This document shows, piece by piece, positions 1 through 13,800 of a stretch of 64,000 bases of DNA. Numbering within the stretch: the first letter of the stretch is position 1; each line of letters begins with the position of its first letter. Below the pieces are notes generated by a model. It did not search any database and had not been told where the DNA came from. It was given only the letters and a program-made list of their open reading frames with translations. Origin of the DNA: Phaeosaccion multiseriatum. Taxonomy: Eukaryota; Protista; Ochrophyta, other classes. Made by a program: the position numbers and the translations under genes. The DNA lies in assembly GCA_965112735.1 (NCBI GenBank), contig OZ218961.1, forward strand, positions 2,852,001-2,916,000. Reading direction: 5' to 3'.

Positions 1-1327
1 GGCGACGTTCTGCATCACCAACGCCTTCTCCTCCTCCCCCAGGAAGTTTGCTGCAAACGTCAGCTGCGGCTTGCCTTCCCCCCCAAAGTCATCTGCGTAC
101 CACTTGAAGATTTGACTCATCTGCAGGTGCCCACCCTCTTGGATGGGCAGGGCTCGGCAGAAGGCTTTTGTCGCCACGTCCAGTTGGTCGTTCACCTTCT
201 CGCCGCTGTAGAAGCGGATGGGGGGGCAGCTTTTGGCACCGCAATTCAGCGCAAAATGCTGAGGAGGGCAGCAGGGGGGAGAGGAGAGAAGAGAAGAGGC
301 GAGCAGAGCAGAGCAGATGGAACATGAGGTGAGCAGCAGGATGGAGAGAACTAGTCGAGAGGGGAAAAGACATGGGCCAGGAAGGCGCTCAAGCCGGTGC
401 GTTACAGAACACCGAGAAGGAGGGGGGGGAGGGAGAGTATAGTGCAGGGAAGAAGCTCTGATGAGCGTTCTTCCGTGGTCTTCAAGACTTCGTGAGATCA
501 TGCCTGCGGAGCGAGCGCACTCACAATTCTAGGGTCGAGGGTCTTCTGCATAAAGGCCAGGCGCTCGTCTCCCTCCCGGAAGGGGGGCTTGGAGCCCGGT
601 GCCGCACTCGGCTTGTTTCCGCGTAGCACTCCGTTCTCAATGTCATTGAGGCTGTACACCAGTCCGCCGATGCGGTAAGAGGAGAGAGCGTACATTCGTA
701 GACGGTCCTGCATGCCTCCAATGTCGCTGCCCCGGAGGACAATCGCGTGCCAAATGAGGCTGTTGTACGTGTTGAGGAAGAAGGCCTTCCTCTCATCCTC
801 TGAAAGATCCCCGAGCTTCACTGTCTGAAGCATGTCCGTGAGATGAATGTACTCGGCCCACTCTTTACTTTCTGCCAGTCCTTTGTAGTTAACATCCACC
901 CCATCGCTGAAGGAAGCGAAGAGCGTCTTCGTGCTCGACATGAGCCTCTCCGCAATTTCCCCTGCGGGTACATCCTCCTCCGCAGGGCCCTGCGTGGACT
1001 TGGGAGTCTTCCCATTAAGGACCTTCTTAGGCAACCACACTGCACACACAGGGGAAGGGGGATACGGACAAGGTATGGGTTAGAACAGCCCCCCAACCCA
1101 GCCAAAGGGTTCCGTCCGCTTCCCAAGGACTCACATGGGCCGATGACCTGTCCCCATCCGTTCCCAAAGAGCCCCATTGTAAGCGTCGAAGCCCTCCTTG
1201 TTGCTGCTCTTGATCTCTGCTGAGGGACGATCGGGCTCCCAAATACGAATGCTTGTGCTTGACTTACGCGTTGAAAGGATGAAGAGAACAGGGCCAGAAG
1301 ACAGAGTCTCAGCACTCGCGAGTTCAT
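1..1327 (-). CDS. DUF547-domain protein with bipartite plastid-targeting leader (3 exons seen; 3' end runs off the window)
   Basis: Exons 1327-1135, 1039-525 and 258-1 join at GT-AG in frame. Motifs KAFFLNTYNSLIWHA, YSLNDIENGVLRGN, DPRI|HFALNCGAKSCPPIRFY and IFKWYADDFG are typical of DUF547. The N-terminus MNSRVLRLCLLALFSS...AQA-FVF is a signal peptide plus ASAFAP-like site. Confidence 0.88.
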
Positions 1328-1456
1328 GTGTGTGGCCCCTTTCTATTTATCGGCATCCGTCGGGCGACATCTACTGCCATCACCGCCGTCGGAATCGCGA
1401 CGGGTACATTTCCATTTCCGCCTTTCCTTCCCTTCCCCTTGTTCTCTGTCGTCCTC

Positions 1457-3394
1457 ATGAAGAGATCACTGCCACCGTCGGCGGCTAGACCGCAACGCCC
1501 TTATGCAGATGTGGAGCATCTGATCGACCCCCTTCCTCAGCCTTACCGCATGCTTTGTAAGCTGCTGGAGGAGATCCTCGAAGGCGCATGGGGCTCCATC
1601 TTGGAGCGCAACCCACAGCTCAAGACTAGCCCAGCGGACGAAGTGAGAGCTCGCATCGATGTAGATCTGAGCCGGACTGCACGTCCGTCCTACATGTTGC
1701 GGGGGTGGAGACTGACGACGATGGTGTGGGATCCCGCCGGGAAGGCGCTGTTCTCGGGCACCTCGTCTGGGCACTTGCTCGTAGAAACGCCAGAGGAGGG
1801 CAAGTCGGCAAGCCTTCTTGTCTTTCCCGAGGTGTCGCCGGCAGGAGTCACATGCATGTCCAACTCTGTTGATGTTGGCCCTGTGAATCAGCAGCAGGGC
1901 TCGTGTGTGAGACTCGCGGTGGCGGCTATGATCGAGTACAGGGCACCGGAGCCGCCGAAGGAGGAGGAGAATGTTGGCAAGAAGGGCGGCAGCAAGGGGC
2001 CGCCGAAGAAAGCAACAAAGAGTGCAGTGGAGGAGACAAAGGAAGAGGATGATATTGCTGCGGCAGAGAAGGAGAAGGACAGGGAGCCGGCCTTCACTGG
2101 GCAGGTTGTCATTGTCGAGGCCATCCGAGAGAACGACCGGTACTCCCTTCGCACCGTCGCGGAACTGATGCTTCCGTGTCAGCACGGCCTCAACGCTCTT
2201 GGGCTGTCCAGTGACGGACGCTACCTGTCCACCACTACCACGGGAGGAGATTGGGCCATTTGGGCTTTGCCGCCTGCCGCAGAGACGGCTCGCACAACGA
2301 CCGCACCCGAGATTCCTGCAGACACAGCTCTTACAACAACCGCATCCGACATTCCTGGAGGAATGAGGATGCTACCGGAGGAGGACGAGGAGGAGGAAGA
2401 GAGTCGGGAGGGGCAGGAGGAGGAGCTTGTCACAGACAAGAACAACAACGACAACAGCAACATCAATAACAACAACCACGCCAAGACCGCCGGCAGTGCT
2501 GTACCCCAGCTTGGTCCACCCTTACTCTCCACCATGATCTCTGTTCAATCAGCAGATACGACGACCAAGCATGAGACCCGCAGCGACCGGGGCGGTGTGC
2601 CAAGTGTGAACTTTTTGACGACCCCCAGTGCGGGGGGGGGGGCAGCGGTATCAGCCTCTGGCTTCCTACTCTGGCGCCAACACGCGAACGTCTTTCAGAG
2701 GTTTGCGCTTCCCGAGCCCCCTCGGGTGGCCGTATCTACCACCACCACCACCAGCAGCAGCAGCAGCAGCAGCAGCCTTCTCGCCACTGGTCCTGGAGGG
2801 GGCGGAGGAAGTCAGCAACGCGATGAGGAGGAAGGAGCTCCTCCCATCCATGCCGCTGCGGAACCCCCCTTGATGTCGCCCGCCACGCTGAATGTCGGAG
2901 AGTACTTACTGCCCTCCTGTATTGAGGTGTGCACAACGGCGCTCGAGCGAGCCGTCTTTGGGCTTCGAGACGGAGGAGTGGTCATGTTCGACGTCACCTT
3001 GGGCACGCTTTGTCCTCTCGCCCGGCACCAGGCTGCGGTTACATGTGCGGTGTTTGCAGGGGGAGGCAGGCGATACCTCATCACCACGGGGAGCGACGAA
3101 CGCATCCACTTTTACCAAGAGACTCGAGTGCAGCAGCAGAAGCAGCAGCAGCCGCAGCAGCAGCACGAGGAGGAGGAGGCGACGACCGCGGTGCTGATGG
3201 ATCTAGGGCCGTACAGCCTCATGAGCTGCCTGCACGACGTGCTGGGAAAGCCTTTCGTGGCGGTGAGCTGCCTGTCGGCCACACCGCTGGTCTTCGCGCA
3301 AGACATCGAGGGGGGTATGTACGCATACGACTTTGCAAGAGGATGTCTACTCGGAAGCCTGGCCGACACCAAGGAGGACGGAAGGGGGGAGGGG

Positions 3395-3432
<38 letters not shown>

Positions 3433-4327
3433 CAAGCCGCTGCACAACAGAAACCACGCGTCGGCCTCACAGCAACAGCAGCAGCAGGTGGCGAGGGATC
3501 GCCCCCTGCGCCTCATGGCAGCGAGGGGAGAGCAGCTCGCCGTGGTGTCCGGAGGCGCCACAGTAGGGCAAACGCATGGCCGCATGCCCCAGGGCCGGAC
3601 CACCGGAGGAGGAGGAGGAGGAGGAGGAGGGGGAGGAGGGGGAGAAGGGGGAGAAGGAGAGGAAGGTGGAGACGGAGACATTGTTTGTGTCTTTTACAGC
3701 GTCGACGTAATACGTGCGCTCTGCCCGGGCGTGCGAAACGCGTGCAGAGGAGAACAACACGGTGCGACGGGGGGCGGAGACGACGCCTTTGCCGTCAAGC
3801 ATGCTTTCTTCGCTCTCGGCAGCGAAGACAGGCGTAGTCCAGACTTCGCCGCCCCAACGTTCCGACAGTCGCACTCGCCGCATCTCCATCGTCTGCAGCA
3901 GCGGAGCAGCACCAGCAGGGTCGGTGGAGGCGGTGGCGGTCAGCACTCCTCCCCGCTCCCATCAGGAGCGGCCCAGCAGTCAGCCATGAGGGGTAGTGTC
4001 GGTGGGTGCGGGGCTGGTGCAGCTGCTGTTGCTGCCGCTGCTCCTCTGGGCTTCTCCAATCTCACGGAGGAGAATGTGGGCCTGTTATTGGGCAACTTTG
4101 CCGTTGGACATTCATCGGGAAAGGAGCTGGAGGGTATTCGCTACCTCGACCCCGACAAGGCGACCACTGCCGCCATTCTCGGTAGAAGGGCGCCGCAGAC
4201 CCAGAACCACCAGCAGCAGCAGCAGCAGCAGCACCAGCACCAGCAGCAGCAGCACCACGAGCAGCACCAACGTGGGGGCAAAGACCACGCGCAGCAGAGG
4301 CGTCGACGTCTCTTGGCAAGCATGTAG
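1457..4327 (+). CDS. WDR93: WD-repeat protein 93-like (cilium-associated), apparently intronless, with poly-Q/S/G/E tracts
   Basis: Single long ORF with first ATG at 1457. N-terminal DPLPQPYRMLCKLLEEILEGAW resembles the conserved WDR93 LPQPYRM motif. WD-like segments: LSSDGRYL, ARHQAAVTCAVF...YLITTGSDERIHFY. Confidence 0.75.
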
Positions 4328-4681
4328 ACGGAGTACAAGTTGTGCTCGTTCTTCTCTTTTTTTTTCTCTCTCATTGCTGCGTCTTGATAGCACTATATAT
4401 CTACATCCCTACGACGGGTTGCGGGCAGGATAGGCTGTATAGTTTTCCCGTCGGAGCCGAGAAGAACGAGAAACAAGCCCACGCTTCGATCCGCTCCATG
4501 CCACTTCCCTCTCTCCCCACCCCCACCGACGAGGTGCGCTGAAACGAAATACTCCCCCTCCCTTCTCAAAAGCCGAAGGGAAAAAAACAGGCAGAGGTGG
4601 GAGCGGAAGAGGAGCTGAAGACTTCTTCCTTCCACCCTCCCTCTTAAGCTGCCCACCTGCCCACCACCACCACCATCATCC

Positions 4682-4712
<31 letters not shown>

Positions 4713-5118
4713 GACCATCATCCTCATCATCATCACCATCATCAAATTCCATCTTCTCATCGCTTTCTCTATCTATGCATGCCATCTGACGCCATGCATC
4801 CCGAACGGCAACGCACACTCACTCACCACGGGTAGGCGGTGCGGCGGACGCACCCACGTGTGAGAAGAAAAAATAAAAGAGAGGGTGGGCCGGGACCGGA
4901 GCTTTGCTTTCCTTCCCTCGCCTAAGTTTCAGAGCACCTGAAGAATGCATCCCGCTTGTCCTGTCCTGTCCCGCCTAGGCAGAGTTCTCGTGCCGCCGTC
5001 CAAACCAATGTGTCTCTCTTCTCTCTCCTCTCTCTCCTTCCCCCCCCCTCTCTCTCTCTCCCACTCTGCCCTCGCGCTCTCTCTCCTCTCCCACTCTCCC
5101 CCTCTCTCTCTCTCTCTC

Positions 5119-5161
<43 letters not shown>

Positions 5162-5199
5162 CTTTCTCTCTCCCTCTCTCTTGATGTCTTGCTACCTCT

Positions 5200-8100
5200 C
5201 TACATACCCTCCCAGTCGAATTCTTCGTCGTCGTCATCTGCGTCGTCCACATAATTGCTCTCGTCCAGCTGAGCAAAGTCCACCTGCCACCTCAGTATGC
5301 CACCAATGCCCCCAAAGCCGCGCACAAATTGACTGCCCTCCTGCGAGCGGTTGGTAATGAACTCCAAGTTGGTGCCGAACTTTTTGTAGTTGTTGGCCAG
5401 CCACTCCACCAGCGTCTAATGAAAGGGAAGGGGAGGGAGGAGAGGGGTCGGGGGGGAGGGAGGAGAGGGAGGAAGGGAAGGAAGGGATCAGTGGGGGTTC
5501 GGAGAGGAGCGTTTCCGGCACAATTCCACCATGAAAAAGATGGCGTGCAAAAGCATCAGACTTGCTTTGTCTGCCCTCCCGTAGAGACGAGTAACACGCA
5601 CACACGCACACACACTGCGCCCACACAAAGCTTGATGTGAAGAGCCCAACCTGCCCCTCTAGAGCGTCCTCTCGCTCTCTCCAACTGTCTCCCCTCCCTC
5701 CCCTCCCTCCCCTCCCTCCCTCCCCTCCCTCCCCTCCCTCCCCTCCCTCCCGTCCTTCCCCTCCCTCCTCCATGCCACTTCCTCCCTTAGTTTCAGTTTC
5801 AGGGCATCACAGCCTACTCCTACCATCTTACACATGTACCAGCCATCCATCACCACCACCCCCACCCATCCACTGCCATCCACATCCCTCTCACCTGCTT
5901 CTCGGCCACCTCCAGCTGCACGCCTGTTTCCGGGTCGTGGTAATGTGTGTCGTCCTTCTCCTGCTCGGGTGTCAGATGCACGACGCTCTCCGCCCCTGTG
6001 CTCGCGTTGCGCATGTCTATTCTCAGTGTACTGAGATTCTCCCACACCACAAGCGTCTCCACCGCCCCCAGCTCCAGGCCCTTTAGAGTGTCCTCCACCA
6101 TGAAGCAGTACTTGCCTGTGTTGTTAGAGGGGTTGGGGGGATGGGAGGGTGAGTGGGTCGGGTGGGGTGGCCTGTCTTGTTGGAGAGGGAGAGACAACAA
6201 GAGACACACACATACAGAGAGAGAGAGAGCGAGAGAGAAAGAGGGAGAGAGAAAGAGGGATAGAGAACGAGAGAGGGAGAAAGAGAGAGAAAGAGAAAGA
6301 GAAAGAGAAAGATAAAAAGAGAAAAAGAAAGATAAAAAGAGAATTCAAATTTCATCAGCGTATCGTACTCACCAGTGTCTTGGCTGATTTCATCGAAGTA
6401 GGCCTGCAGAAGCTTCTTCTCCTTGACGAGCTTCACCTCCCCCAGCGCCTCCGTTGACAGCTCAATGGCCTGGTTGAAGCCAGCCTCTCTGTGAGACAGT
6501 GGAGTGTATGTGCAGGGAGGGAGAGGAGGGGGTTGAGAAGTGAGAAGGAGTGTGGAGGGGGTGGCGGGGTACAGGCAGGGAGGGAGATGGGGCGTGGGAA
6601 GTGGGTGGAGGGATATGGGCAAGGGAGAGAACGAGTGAGAGCGATGGCAGAAGGGAGGCAGAGGCTTTTATCTTTTCACTTACCCCCCGTAGGACACATC
6701 CACCGTCTTGATGACCGCTTTCCGAAGGCGGGGGTCGAAGAGATCACTGCCCAGCAAGTCGTTCTTGAACTCTGCACTTCCCGCCAAAACCAGCCCCTGG
6801 CAGTTACACTTGTTGTCTGAGATGAACATTTGGGTCGCCAGCTCCGCAACCTGCGGGGGCCGGAGGGGGGGGATTGGGCAGTATGAGTTTGAGTTTAGGT
6901 TTGAGTTTGTGAGTTTTGTTTGTTGTGGGTGCGTGCGTTGCTGCTGGGATGTGGTTACTACAAAACACAGCGAAAGAGCCAACGCGCAGCACTCGGGCCC
7001 GTTCGTGCGTATGCGGCCGTAAGAATCCCATCCCAATGAACACACACACATTCCTTCTCTGTCTCTCTGTATCTATCTCTCTTTCTCTCCCCCCCCTCTC
7101 TCTCTCCCTCTGTCTCTCTCTCTTTCTCTCTTTCTCTCTCCCTCCCCCCCCCCCCCCTCTCTCTCTCTCCCTCTCTCTCCCCTTCTCATCACCCCCCCCA
7201 CACACACACACTCACACACCTTTCGCAGATAGTTGTGGCGCTTCTCCAGACGGAGACGCGCGAAACGCAAGGCGGACTGCCCTCCCCTGCCGTGCTTCTT
7301 GGGCAGCTCCACGCTGAACTTGTGCATGATGTCTCTGGTGTTGCCTTGCACCGTGCCATAGAGACTGCCGTTTCCGTCCATGATGAGGAAGCCGAAGCGC
7401 GCGTCGTCCTGGAGAAGCTCGTTCAGCGCCTGACAGGGGAGGGGGGGAGGGAGGGAGGGAGGGAGGGGGGAAAGAGGAGGGAGGGAGGGAGGGAGGGAGG
7501 GAGGGAGGGAGGGAGGAAGAGAGGGAGGGAGGGAGGGAGGGAGGGAGGGAGGGAGGAGTGAGGGAGGGGATAAGAGGAGGGAGGGAGGGAGGGAGGGAAG
7601 CGAGTCGCGGGGTCACGAGTAATTCATTTGCTAGGTAGTGAGCAGCGTAGCAGCAGTGTCTCTTCCTCCTCCTCCTCCTCCTCCTCACCTCTGTGTGGAA
7701 CTTGTTGTCGCAGAGGTAGAGTGAGGTGTTGATGGGCTTGAAGGGCTCAAAGTCAATGTTCACCTTCTTCTCCTTGCCCTCGTCCGTCAGCACAGTGCCG
7801 CAGTACACCACCAGCCCGTTGGTGGGGATGCGATTGTACAGCTTGAGCCGTTGTTGGGTGGAGGTAATCGCACTCAAGACCGACAGCCTTTGCACGCACA
7901 GACAGGAAAGAGAGGGGGAGAGAGGTAAGAGATACAGGCCGTGTGTTTGCGCTAGCGCTAGCCCATCACGCGATTTCTGCGCTCTGGCTGTCCACAGCAG
8001 CACAGCAAGGGGATTGTTCGACTGGAGGGACTGGGAGGTCGGCTGACTCGCCTGATCTCCCCCCCTCTCCCCTGTGCGTACCTCTGCGCGCCTCTGACCT

Positions 8101-8707
8101 GTCCCCCCTCGTCCCGCCTCTACCCTCCCTCGTCCTGCTCCAATCCTACCCTTACCCTACCCTACCCTACCCTACCTCGTCCTCCTCACCTGTTCACCCT
8201 GGACTTGATGTTGGATGCCGTGCCGTACTCGTCTGCGAGCATCTTCTGCACCAGCGGTACTTGGCCGCCTGGAGGAATCACCAGACTAATCATGGAGGTG
8301 CCATTTCTGCACACGGACAGAGCACGGCGGGGTGGGAGGGGGTGGAATGTGTGTGATAAGCGGTGCACACAGTGAAGACATTGGTCGGGAGCAGGTGCAG
8401 CACAGGCTTTTCGGCAGTCAGGTTCCCGCTCCCTCCGCGGAAGGGTTCCGGACTTGCCTCCGCCCGCATCTCCCCTCCAAGTTATAGCTCATACCCACAC
8501 CCAACCCCTTGGCCCGAGTCTTCCCACGAGTCCCTGTCCCCCCCTCCTCGCCCGCGCTGGTGTCTGATCCGCAGTGGCAGGCCTTGGCCGCATACACCCA
8601 CTCACGACGTACCCTCTGGCCTCCGTCAAGCTCTTGATGAGCTTTTTTACTTTCCAAATCTCCACTTGTCGGTCCTGCTCCTCCTCCTCCTTCGTCTTGG
8701 ATGACAT
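5200..8707 (-). CDS. ETF1: Eukaryotic peptide chain release factor 1 (8 exons)
   Basis: Spliced exons give [57 protein letters not shown] and [19 protein letters not shown]. Start ATG at 8707, stop TAG at 5200. Confidence 0.98.
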
Positions 8708-8926
8708 GTCGGCTTACGGCTGCTAGAAAAGCTCCCTCTCTCCTGTCTTTTTCCTGTTTTTATATTCTTGGCCGCTGAGAGTGAAAGATTCGATATGCTT
8801 CCAACCACGTATGCTTCCACCCAAGCCCTTGATTGCCCTCTTTGGCGGGGTCTCTTCTCTTTCCCTTCTCTTCTACGCCAGATGATGTGATCTTAAGCCT
8901 AGAGGCTGATCACCAGCAGTGATACC

Positions 8927-9336
8927 ATGAGGGCGGAGCTCTTGCTGAAGCCTATCACCCATGGGAAGGGCGAGGGTCAGCCGGAGGAGGAAGAGCGCCA
9001 CGACCAAGCTGCGTCTTCACACGCTCATCCTCCTCCTCCCCCGCCTCCTCCTGTAGGACTGGTGTACACCTGTGTAGCGGCCAATGTATCCCTGGTAGCT
9101 TGCGGCACCAACACTGGGGAGGTGCATGTGTACGGGAGGGAGACGGGTGCTCGGCGTGTGGGCGGCAACAAAGGAGAGTGGCTCAAGCTCTGTAAGATAC
9201 TCCTGCCCACTCGCGATCATCTGGGCACGGATCCACTCTTGGCTCCGTCGGCCGTCACGGCTATTGCTCTTGCGGCCACTCTGTCCGAGAGCTGCGAATG
9301 CTTGCTTGCCGTGGGGACGGCGGAGGGGAGGTACGC

Positions 9337-9400
<64 letters not shown>

Positions 9401-9422
9401 TTCTTTCTTTCTCTCTCTCTCT

Positions 9423-9454
<32 letters not shown>

Positions 9455-10787
9455 CTCTCTCGGTCGTGGCCCTTGTATTTGAACGCGGCTGCGCTTCGCT
9501 GCACTCTATCTCTCTCCCTTACTCGTGTACATAACCCCTTCCGCTGCCGTCGCTGTCGACGAACCACCCCACACGTATCGTCTTTGTTTGCCTTCCCACA
9601 CCACGTGCAGTGTGTGCTTGGTGCAGATCCAACGCTGGAACACGGGCGTGGGCTGGGGAGAGGGCAGGAGCAAAGTGCTGTTCAGGCATCAGGTGGGTTC
9701 GCTTGTGCGAGAAGTGGTAGGAGGTAGTAGCAATGCCGGTGGCGCTTGTATAGCTGTAGCTCCTGCCCCCCCCTCCCCCGTCCCCCCTCCCCCCTCCCCC
9801 TCCCCCCTCTCTCACTCGCTCTGTCTCAGCCCCCCTCCTCCCCTCTTCTCTCCTCCGCCCTCACCCCCCCTCCTCCCCTCATCAGCCGCACCGGGGCTGC
9901 CGGGTGACCTACCTACTCTTCGCAACCCCGCTCGGACGGGCACTGGTCAGCGGCTGTGCAGGGGGGCGCGTGGTGGTCACCCTGCCTCCCGTAACCGTCA
10001 ATCTCGCCAGCGCAATGAGGGGCGCCGCAGGGGGACTCCGGCGCTTATCCTCGTCACTGGTTACACCCCTCCTCAAGGTTGGTTGGCGACGCGCTGCCTG
10101 GATTCGACCTGTAGAGGATGATGCGGCGAGGGGGGGGAGGGGGGAGGACCTGGGGTGGACGTGTATCCCTTCAAGCTCGGGCGGGGTGGATCTAGGGTAG
10201 ATGTATATCTATGTGTATGATGCCTTGGAGGGGTTAGGATGTATGGAGAGGATCACCTTTGCTCTTGAGACCTCGGACTGGATGAGGCAGAGTAAGCTCC
10301 TGCACACAAGCATTACCTACGTTGACGCGCCATCCCCCCCGCCCCTCGCCCTTGACTTACTCCCTTCTATCCTCTCACTTGACTTACTCCCTTCTGTCCT
10401 CTCCCTTGGTTTACTCCCTGCTGTCCTCTGCTTGGACCTGCCCCGCTTTCTGCTCCTTATGCTGAGTCACCTCACACGCCCCCCCCCCTGCGCCGGTGTG
10501 TCTGCTCTCCTCCCCTCCTTCTGTAACGTCTGTTCTCCTCCCCTCATACCTACTTCAGGATCCTCAAAGCTTGCTGCCGCGTGGACCCGAGGGAGTCGTT
10601 GTGGCCCAAGAGGACTCCCCAATCGTGCAGGTACGTAGTATTACGTGTTTGTGCGTGTGTGTGTGTGTATGTGTGTGTGTGCGCACGTGTAAGTGTGTAA
10701 GAAGTACTTCTCTTCCTCCGCCCCTACTTCTCTTTCTCCGCCCCTGCCTAGTCTACTCTACGCTGCTCCACTCTATTTTTTTTCTCC

Positions 10788-10828
<41 letters not shown>

Positions 10829-13800
10829 TTCCCTCCTCCCAGCTCGATCTAGCTCGTGCGGCCGTGGATATACCCGGACTACCAGGCGAGTGCGAAGTGC
10901 TGCTAGTCATGACCCCCAGGCGGGCACTGCTGCTCTACTTCGGGGGGGTCTTGCTGGACGGCGGCGCTCGACTCCGAGCAGGGGCGGCACACGTGTGTAC
11001 CATTGACTTCGCACATGTATCGGAAGATGTGGTGGCCTTCGTGGCAGGAAGAGGGGGGAGGAGGAGGTGGAGGAGGAGGAGGTGGAGGAGGAGGAGGAGG
11101 AGGAGAAGGAGGGGGAGGAAGAGGAGGAGGAGGAGGAGGAGGAGGAGGAGGAGGAGGAGGAGGAGGTGGTGCTGGTGGAGGAGAAGGAGGAGGAGATCGA
11201 GGACCCCTTGCTGCTGCTGCTACTGCTGATTCTGTTGCTGTAGACACTGCGAGGGATGGGCGTCGGCGTGGCAGCGATGGGCAGACCACCGTCGACCACC
11301 ATGGGACACCGACTCGGAATCCTCTCCCCCTGCAGTATGGAGCCTGTCTGTGGGGAGAGATGTACACGCCCATGTCGACGGGGGGAGCAGCAGCGGGACG
11401 CGGACCAGGGGCATGGGCAGGGGAGAGCCGAGAGAGAGTCGACCGAATGGCCACCAAAGTAAGAGTACATAAACGTGACAGTGGATGGCAGTGGATGGAG
11501 GTCTTGAACCTATGTATTGATCGTCTTTGTGATCCTGGCCTCCGTTCCTTCTCGTCCCCTTCCCTTCCCTTCCCTTTCCTTATCTGCTCACTACGGTGTC
11601 GCCTCTCATTTCTCACTGTAACGGTGCACTCACAGGCCCTTGTGGCCCAGCCTGGAGGCAAGCTTTGGTGTGTGACTCTCAAGGATGGAGAGCTTTCCTC
11701 CACTCAGAGACCCCTGCCAGTCCCGGGGGTGGAGGATGGAGCCCTAGGGGGAGGAGAAGGGGGAGAAAGGAAGGAGCTGGGTCTGCTCATGCAGGTGCGT
11801 GCGTGTGTGAGTGCGTGAGCGAGTGCGTGCGTGAGTGCGTGAGTGAGTGCGTGAGTTCGCCATATGATAGGCAAGAGCAAGGTCGGACGTAGCCCCCTCC
11901 ATCCTAGCGCCATCTGCCTCCCTCCACTCCTTTCTCTGTCGTTCCAGTAGAGGAGACGACAGAGGGGCAAACCTCACACACTCACTCACGCATGCACTCC
12001 TCCACGCTCTCTCTCTCTGTCTCTCTCTTCCCCCCCCCTCTCTCCCCCTCTCTGTCACCCTCTCCTCTTTCCCCCCTACCCTCCCCTCTCCCCTCCCTCT
12101 CTCTCTCTCTCCGATGGTGTATCGCTTGCGCCCTCTCCCTCTCCAACAGGTCTATGTGGGGGGCCGCTCCTTGCTCCTGAGCTGGCTGAGCGGTGACATG
12201 CGACTCATCGACCCTTCCACCAACGCTATTCTGAGCTTTCACTCCGCCAGTGAGCTCGAAGGCGTAGTGCACTCAGTGTCACCTACTGTGGTGGTAGGGG
12301 AGAATTACCGACCACAGCCACCGCAGTTAGTCATACCGCAGCGGCAGCAGCAGCAGCAGCAGGGGGAGGAGGAGGAGGAGGAGGAGGAGGAGGAGGAGGG
12401 TAGAGGAGGGGAGGGAGATGTTTATGAGCAGCAGAGCGCGTTGGAGGCAGTTTTTGTGCTCCATTCCTGCCTGGTTAGTCGGCTGCTGCTCGATCAAGAC
12501 CAAAGGGACCTTCGTGTGGTTGGGGTGGGGGAGGGGGAGGCAACCCAACAACAGACGCACATCATGTTGAGCAATTCGTTCGAGCGCTCGAGTAGGGGAG
12601 CCTTGGAGGTGAGTTTAGTTTCAGTTTGTTAGATCTTACCAACTTCAGTAGGCCAAAAATCGTAGGAGATGAGAGGTGTTCACATACAATCTTGCTGCGT
12701 ACCTTCCCCTTGAGGGAGTGGAGGGGGTACGGCGTCGAAACCTCTGGTAGAAGGTGCCTGCTTGCTATTTACGCATGTTGCTGCTCTGTGTATGCCTTGC
12801 TTGGGCGCTGCCCCTCCCTCCCTCCCTCCCCCTCTGTATCACCAACTCCCTCAGGATGCGATGAGTGCGCTGGCGGAGCCGACTCCCCTCCGGCAAGGCA
12901 GGGGAGAGTCATTCGCTAGCGAAAAGGAGGAGGAGGAGCAGGAGGAGGAGGAGGAGGAGGAGGAGGAGGAGGCCGAGGAGGAGGGAAGTGCCTCTTCGGA
13001 AGGGCGGGTTGACTCTGAGGAGGAGCTGGAGACAAGTCTCAAGGAGGCAGACGAGCTCTTGGCACAGGTACGATCGATTACCACACCCCATCCACTGCCA
13101 TCCACCGATTACCACGCCCCACCCACTGCCATCCATCGATTACCACGTCCCATCCATCTACTGCCATCCATTGATTGCGACAGCCCATCCGCTGCCATCC
13201 ATCGATTACGACACCCCATCCACTGCCATCCATCGACTACTGCACCCCATCCACTGCCATCCATCGACTACCACACACACTACCCGTCCTTGTTGCGCAT
13301 CCGATGCTCTTGTTGTCTTTTGTGCTTCATTTCGGTGCTCGTTTCTTTGGAAATTGTTAAATTGGTCTCCTCCTCCTCCTCCCCCTCCTCCCCTCTCTCC
13401 TCCTCCTCCTACTACTACTACTACTCCTTGAACCAGAGCTTCGGCTTCATTGGCAATCATGGCCCACGCAGGTCTCGGTCTCTGTCTCTAAAGGACGACG
13501 CAGCTCCCCCGTCTCCGGATGCCGCTTCTGCGCCCCTTCCTCCCTTCGCTGGGGCATTCCCATTTTCCGACGACAATGCCAATGACAGCGCCCCCCTCAT
13601 AGTGGGAAGGAGTCGCAGCAGTGAGGAGGAGCGTGTGGTGGTTGGAGGCAGGGCAGCAGAAGACTTGCCCTTGCTTCGTGCATGGAGTAGAGAGAGCGGA
13701 AGCATCTCACCCGTAGCAGGGGGGCTCCTCCCGAGTCTCTCTCCAGCAGTTGGTGATACAGCAGCAGCAGCAGCAGCAGCAGGCCCGAACTGGGGGAGGA

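Noticed and set aside
5200-8707. Variant genetic code signalled by eRF1
   Set aside because: GTS, NIKS, YxCxxxF and GGQ motifs are canonical, and TAA, TAG and TGA all terminate well-supported genes in the window.
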